Virus record (IMG/VR): IMGVR_UViG_3300045988_009456 | Coordinates: 1-5,972 of that record | From: a virus | Reading direction: 5' to 3' (one strand) | Length of the DNA stretch: 5,972 bases | Part shown: piece by piece, positions 4,020 to 5,972 of the stretch | Layout of the letters: each line of letters starts with the position of its first letter | How positions within the stretch are numbered: position 1 is the first letter of the stretch | Made by a program: the position numbers and the translations under genes | Notes under the pieces: generated by a model | The model's database searches: none | What the model was told of the DNA's origin: nothing | Seen by the model: only the letters and a program-made list of their open reading frames with translations

Positions 4020-4874
4020 ATGGCAGGATTATTAAGCTTTTTAAGAGCACTCAACATAGCGGGAAACGTAGCAAATACAATCGGAACATTTGCCGGAGCA
4101 GCAAAAAACATAGCAGGAGCATTCGGCGGATGGGGCCAAACAGGCAACAGCCAAAGCAGCGGCGGCAGCATACAGCAAGGTGGCGGGCACTCAGCAAGTG
4201 GGAGCCAGTCAGGTACCAACATACAGCAAGTTGACGAATGGCTAAAACAGGCATACGCATACCAAGGGCAAGAAGCGGCCATGCAGGGCAAATACAACAG
4301 TCAAAGCATGCTTAAACAGATGGGATATAACACCTTACAAGCAATCATGCAAGGCGTATATAATCACATCGAAAATGGCGTAGCCATGAACTACAACAGT
4401 GCCGAAGCACTAGCAAATCGAGAATGGCAAGAACACATGTCAAGCACTGCATACCAACGAGCCGTGGAGGACATGAAAAAAGCCGGACTGAATCCAATCC
4501 TAGCATATGCAAATGGAGGAGCGAGCACACCGGGGGGGAGTGCAGGAACAATCAGCGGAGCAAGTATGGGCTTAGCAAGCAGCAGTGCGCTAGGAGTAAG
4601 CCGGAGCGGAGGTTTTGTCCCAAACGCATACGAAAGCTCGAGCTGGTCACAAAGTGACTGGTACAACGCCGCGCAAAGCTGGCAACAAATGCTCAGCACA
4701 ACACACATGACACCTTACGGACTACAAAAAGCCTTAACAGACGTGGCAGACAACACAAGCAAAGCAATCGATAAGGCAACAGTAAAACAGCCAAACAAGA
4801 AAAATTATATCGCACCACAAGACAAAACAGGAGAATACGGAGAAAGACGAAAGCCGGGTGACTACTTAAAATGA
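4020..4874 (+). CDS. VP2: Minor capsid / DNA pilot protein VP2 (phiX H-like), 284 aa
   Basis: It has a hydrophobic Gly/Ala-rich N-terminus, a G/S/Q low-complexity tract, and the motif NREWQEHMSSTAYQRAVEDMKKAGLNPILAY typical of gokushovirus VP2. It lies between VP1 and Rep. Confidence 0.9.
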   Translation: MAGLLSFLRALNIAGNVANTIGTFAGAAKNIAGAFGGWGQTGNSQSSGGSIQQGGGHSASGSQSGTNIQQVDEWLKQAYAYQGQEAAMQGKYNSQSMLKQMGYNTLQAIMQGVYNHIENGVAMNYNSAEALANREWQEHMSSTAYQRAVEDMKKAGLNPILAYANGGASTPGGSAGTISGASMGLASSSALGVSRSGGFVPNAYESSSWSQSDWYNAAQSWQQMLSTTHMTPYGLQKALTDVADNTSKAIDKATVKQPNKKNYIAPQDKTGEYGERRKPGDYLK

Positions 4875-5890
4875 GTTGCTACAAGCCATTGATAAGGCTG
4901 TACAACCCTGAAAACAAAGACATAAGCGGGCGGGTGTACTCACTCGCCCGCTTTTCTGAAATATCGGGAAAGCAGCTAAAGTATGAAGATTTGATGTATC
5001 AAAAAAACATCATGTTGATACCATGCGGACAATGTATCGGATGCAGAATAAGGCAAAGAGAAGATTGGACAACACGGATAGAGCTGGAAGCGCGAGATTA
5101 CCCGAAAGAACAAGTGTGGTTTATAACATTAACCTATGATGACGAACACGTACCGGGAATGATCGTAAACACAGGCGAAATCATGCGAAAAGTACAATAC
5201 GTCTGGAAGCCGGGCGAGAAGCGCCCTGAGAGCGTCCAAACATTACTATATCCTGACATTCAAAAATTCTTAAAACGGCTCAGAAAGGCTTATAGGGGCA
5301 AATTACGCTATTTTGTAGCCGGAGAATACGGAGAACAAACCGCAAGACCACACTACCACATGATATTGTATGGATGGCAACCGAAAGACCTGGAACACCT
5401 ATACAAAATACAACACAATGGATATTACACAAGCAAATGGCTAGCAGACCTATGGGGCATGGGTCAAATACAGATAGCACAAGCAGTACCGGAAACATAT
5501 AGATATGTTGCGGGATACGTAACAAAAAAAATGTACGAGATAGACGGAGTAAAAGCAAACGCATACTATGAGCTAGGACAAACAAGACCTTTCGCATGTA
5601 TGAGCCTTAAACCGGGTTTAGGAGACAACTATTACGAAAAACACAAAGCAGAAATCTGGAGACAAGGCTATATACAGTGCACAAACGGCAAACACGCACA
5701 GATACCACGATACTATGAAAAGAAGATGGAAGTTGAAAACCCACAAAGATTGTGGAGAATTAAACAAAACAGACAAGCAGCGGCGATCGCAGAAAACCGA
5801 CTAAAGTACGAAAACGCAGACTTTGCAGAACAGTGCAAGACGAAAGAAAGAGTAATCAAAAAACAGACGAAGAAAAAAGGGACACTCTAA
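4871..5890 (+). CDS. VP4: Rolling-circle replication initiator VP4 (HUH endonuclease, phiX A-like), 339 aa
   Basis: Motif 1 is FITLTYDD. The HUH motif is RPHYHMILYG (H161/H163). The double-tyrosine catalytic motif YVAGYVTKK (Y212/Y216) parallels phiX174 A YVAKYVNKK. There is a Cys cluster at CGQCIGC. The start overlaps the VP2 stop in ATGA, and the last 37 nt lie in the terminal repeat. Confidence 0.95.
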   Translation: MSCYKPLIRLYNPENKDISGRVYSLARFSEISGKQLKYEDLMYQKNIMLIPCGQCIGCRIRQREDWTTRIELEARDYPKEQVWFITLTYDDEHVPGMIVNTGEIMRKVQYVWKPGEKRPESVQTLLYPDIQKFLKRLRKAYRGKLRYFVAGEYGEQTARPHYHMILYGWQPKDLEHLYKIQHNGYYTSKWLADLWGMGQIQIAQAVPETYRYVAGYVTKKMYEIDGVKANAYYELGQTRPFACMSLKPGLGDNYYEKHKAEIWRQGYIQCTNGKHAQIPRYYEKKMEVENPQRLWRIKQNRQAAAIAENRLKYENADFAEQCKTKERVIKKQTKKKGTL

Positions 5891-5972
5891 CAGTGTCACA
5901 GTGTCACCTAGCCCAGTACCTATCAAGTAAGGTACTGGGCTATTGTCGTCTAAAGACTCCATGTATCAATCT
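5854..5972. repeat. Terminal direct repeat, copy 2 (identical to 1-119)
   Basis: Same as copy 1. The window ends in the middle of unique sequence that continues at position 120. Confidence 0.95.

Larger units (their letters stand above)
1..5853 (+). other. One complete unit of a circular Microviridae (gokushovirus-like) ssDNA phage genome, 5853 nt
   Basis: Positions 1-119 repeat exactly at 5854-5972 (offset 5853). Content is VP1 capsid + VP2 pilot + VP4 HUH Rep + small basic J-like protein + scaffold, all on one strand. Size and gene set fit Microviridae. Confidence 0.85.

Noticed and set aside
3131-5531. Homopolymer runs inside genes (A8 3131-3138 in VP1, G7 4532-4538 in VP2, A8 5524-5531 in Rep) as programmed-slippage or error sites
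   Set aside because: All three reading frames continue intact through conserved motifs on both sides, so there is no sign of a frameshift. They are worth remembering only as sequencing-error hot spots.
138-5597. All twelve minus-strand ORFs in the track (138-392, 914-1150, 1024-1401, 1603-2025, 1818-2018, 3469-3711, 3814-4050, 4016-4297, 4051-4260, 4345-4551, 4391-4708, 5280-5597)
   Set aside because: Apart from 138-392, which lies opposite the structured non-coding region and ORF 379-597, each lies antisense to plus-strand genes or their short intergenic gaps, most of them well supported. They have Cys/Phe/Leu-rich compositions expected from the complement of an A-rich strand. None has an obvious SD, and Microviridae transcribe only one strand.

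Overview
The window is one complete, circularly permuted genome of a gokushovirus-like member of the Microviridae (small ssDNA phage). Bases 1-119 are identical to 5854-5972, so the contig wraps around and the unit length is 5853 nt. All credible genes lie on the + strand, which is visibly A-rich and T-poor, and they are tightly packed with ATGA/GTGA start-stop overlaps. The core module is recognisable by motif: a small basic J/ORF8-like DNA-binding protein (1524-1646, absent from the ORF track), a VP5-like small protein (1663-1902), a VP3-like scaffold (1952-2293), major capsid VP1 (2290-3981), pilot/minor capsid VP2 (4020-4874) and HUH rolling-circle Rep VP4 (4871-5890). Between Rep and the J-like gene sits about 1.5 kb that does not belong to the core. 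It starts with a long structured non-coding region holding a 13-bp perfect stem-loop preceded by a tandem 8-mer, a 21-position CG-alternating hairpin, a promoter-like element and nine GTTGAA(A) iteron-like repeats. A cassette of small ORFans follows, surrounding a clear zinc peptidase M15 (M15_3/YcbK-like cell-wall peptidase) gene at 782-1189. The peptidase has no recognisable signal peptide, holin or phiX E-like partner and is the most interesting element. Two GNRA-looped terminator-like hairpins flank the scaffold/capsid genes. The one after VP1 appears to bring an otherwise orphan AAGGAGG into range of the VP2 start codon. All family assignments rest on motifs read by eye; no database search was possible.
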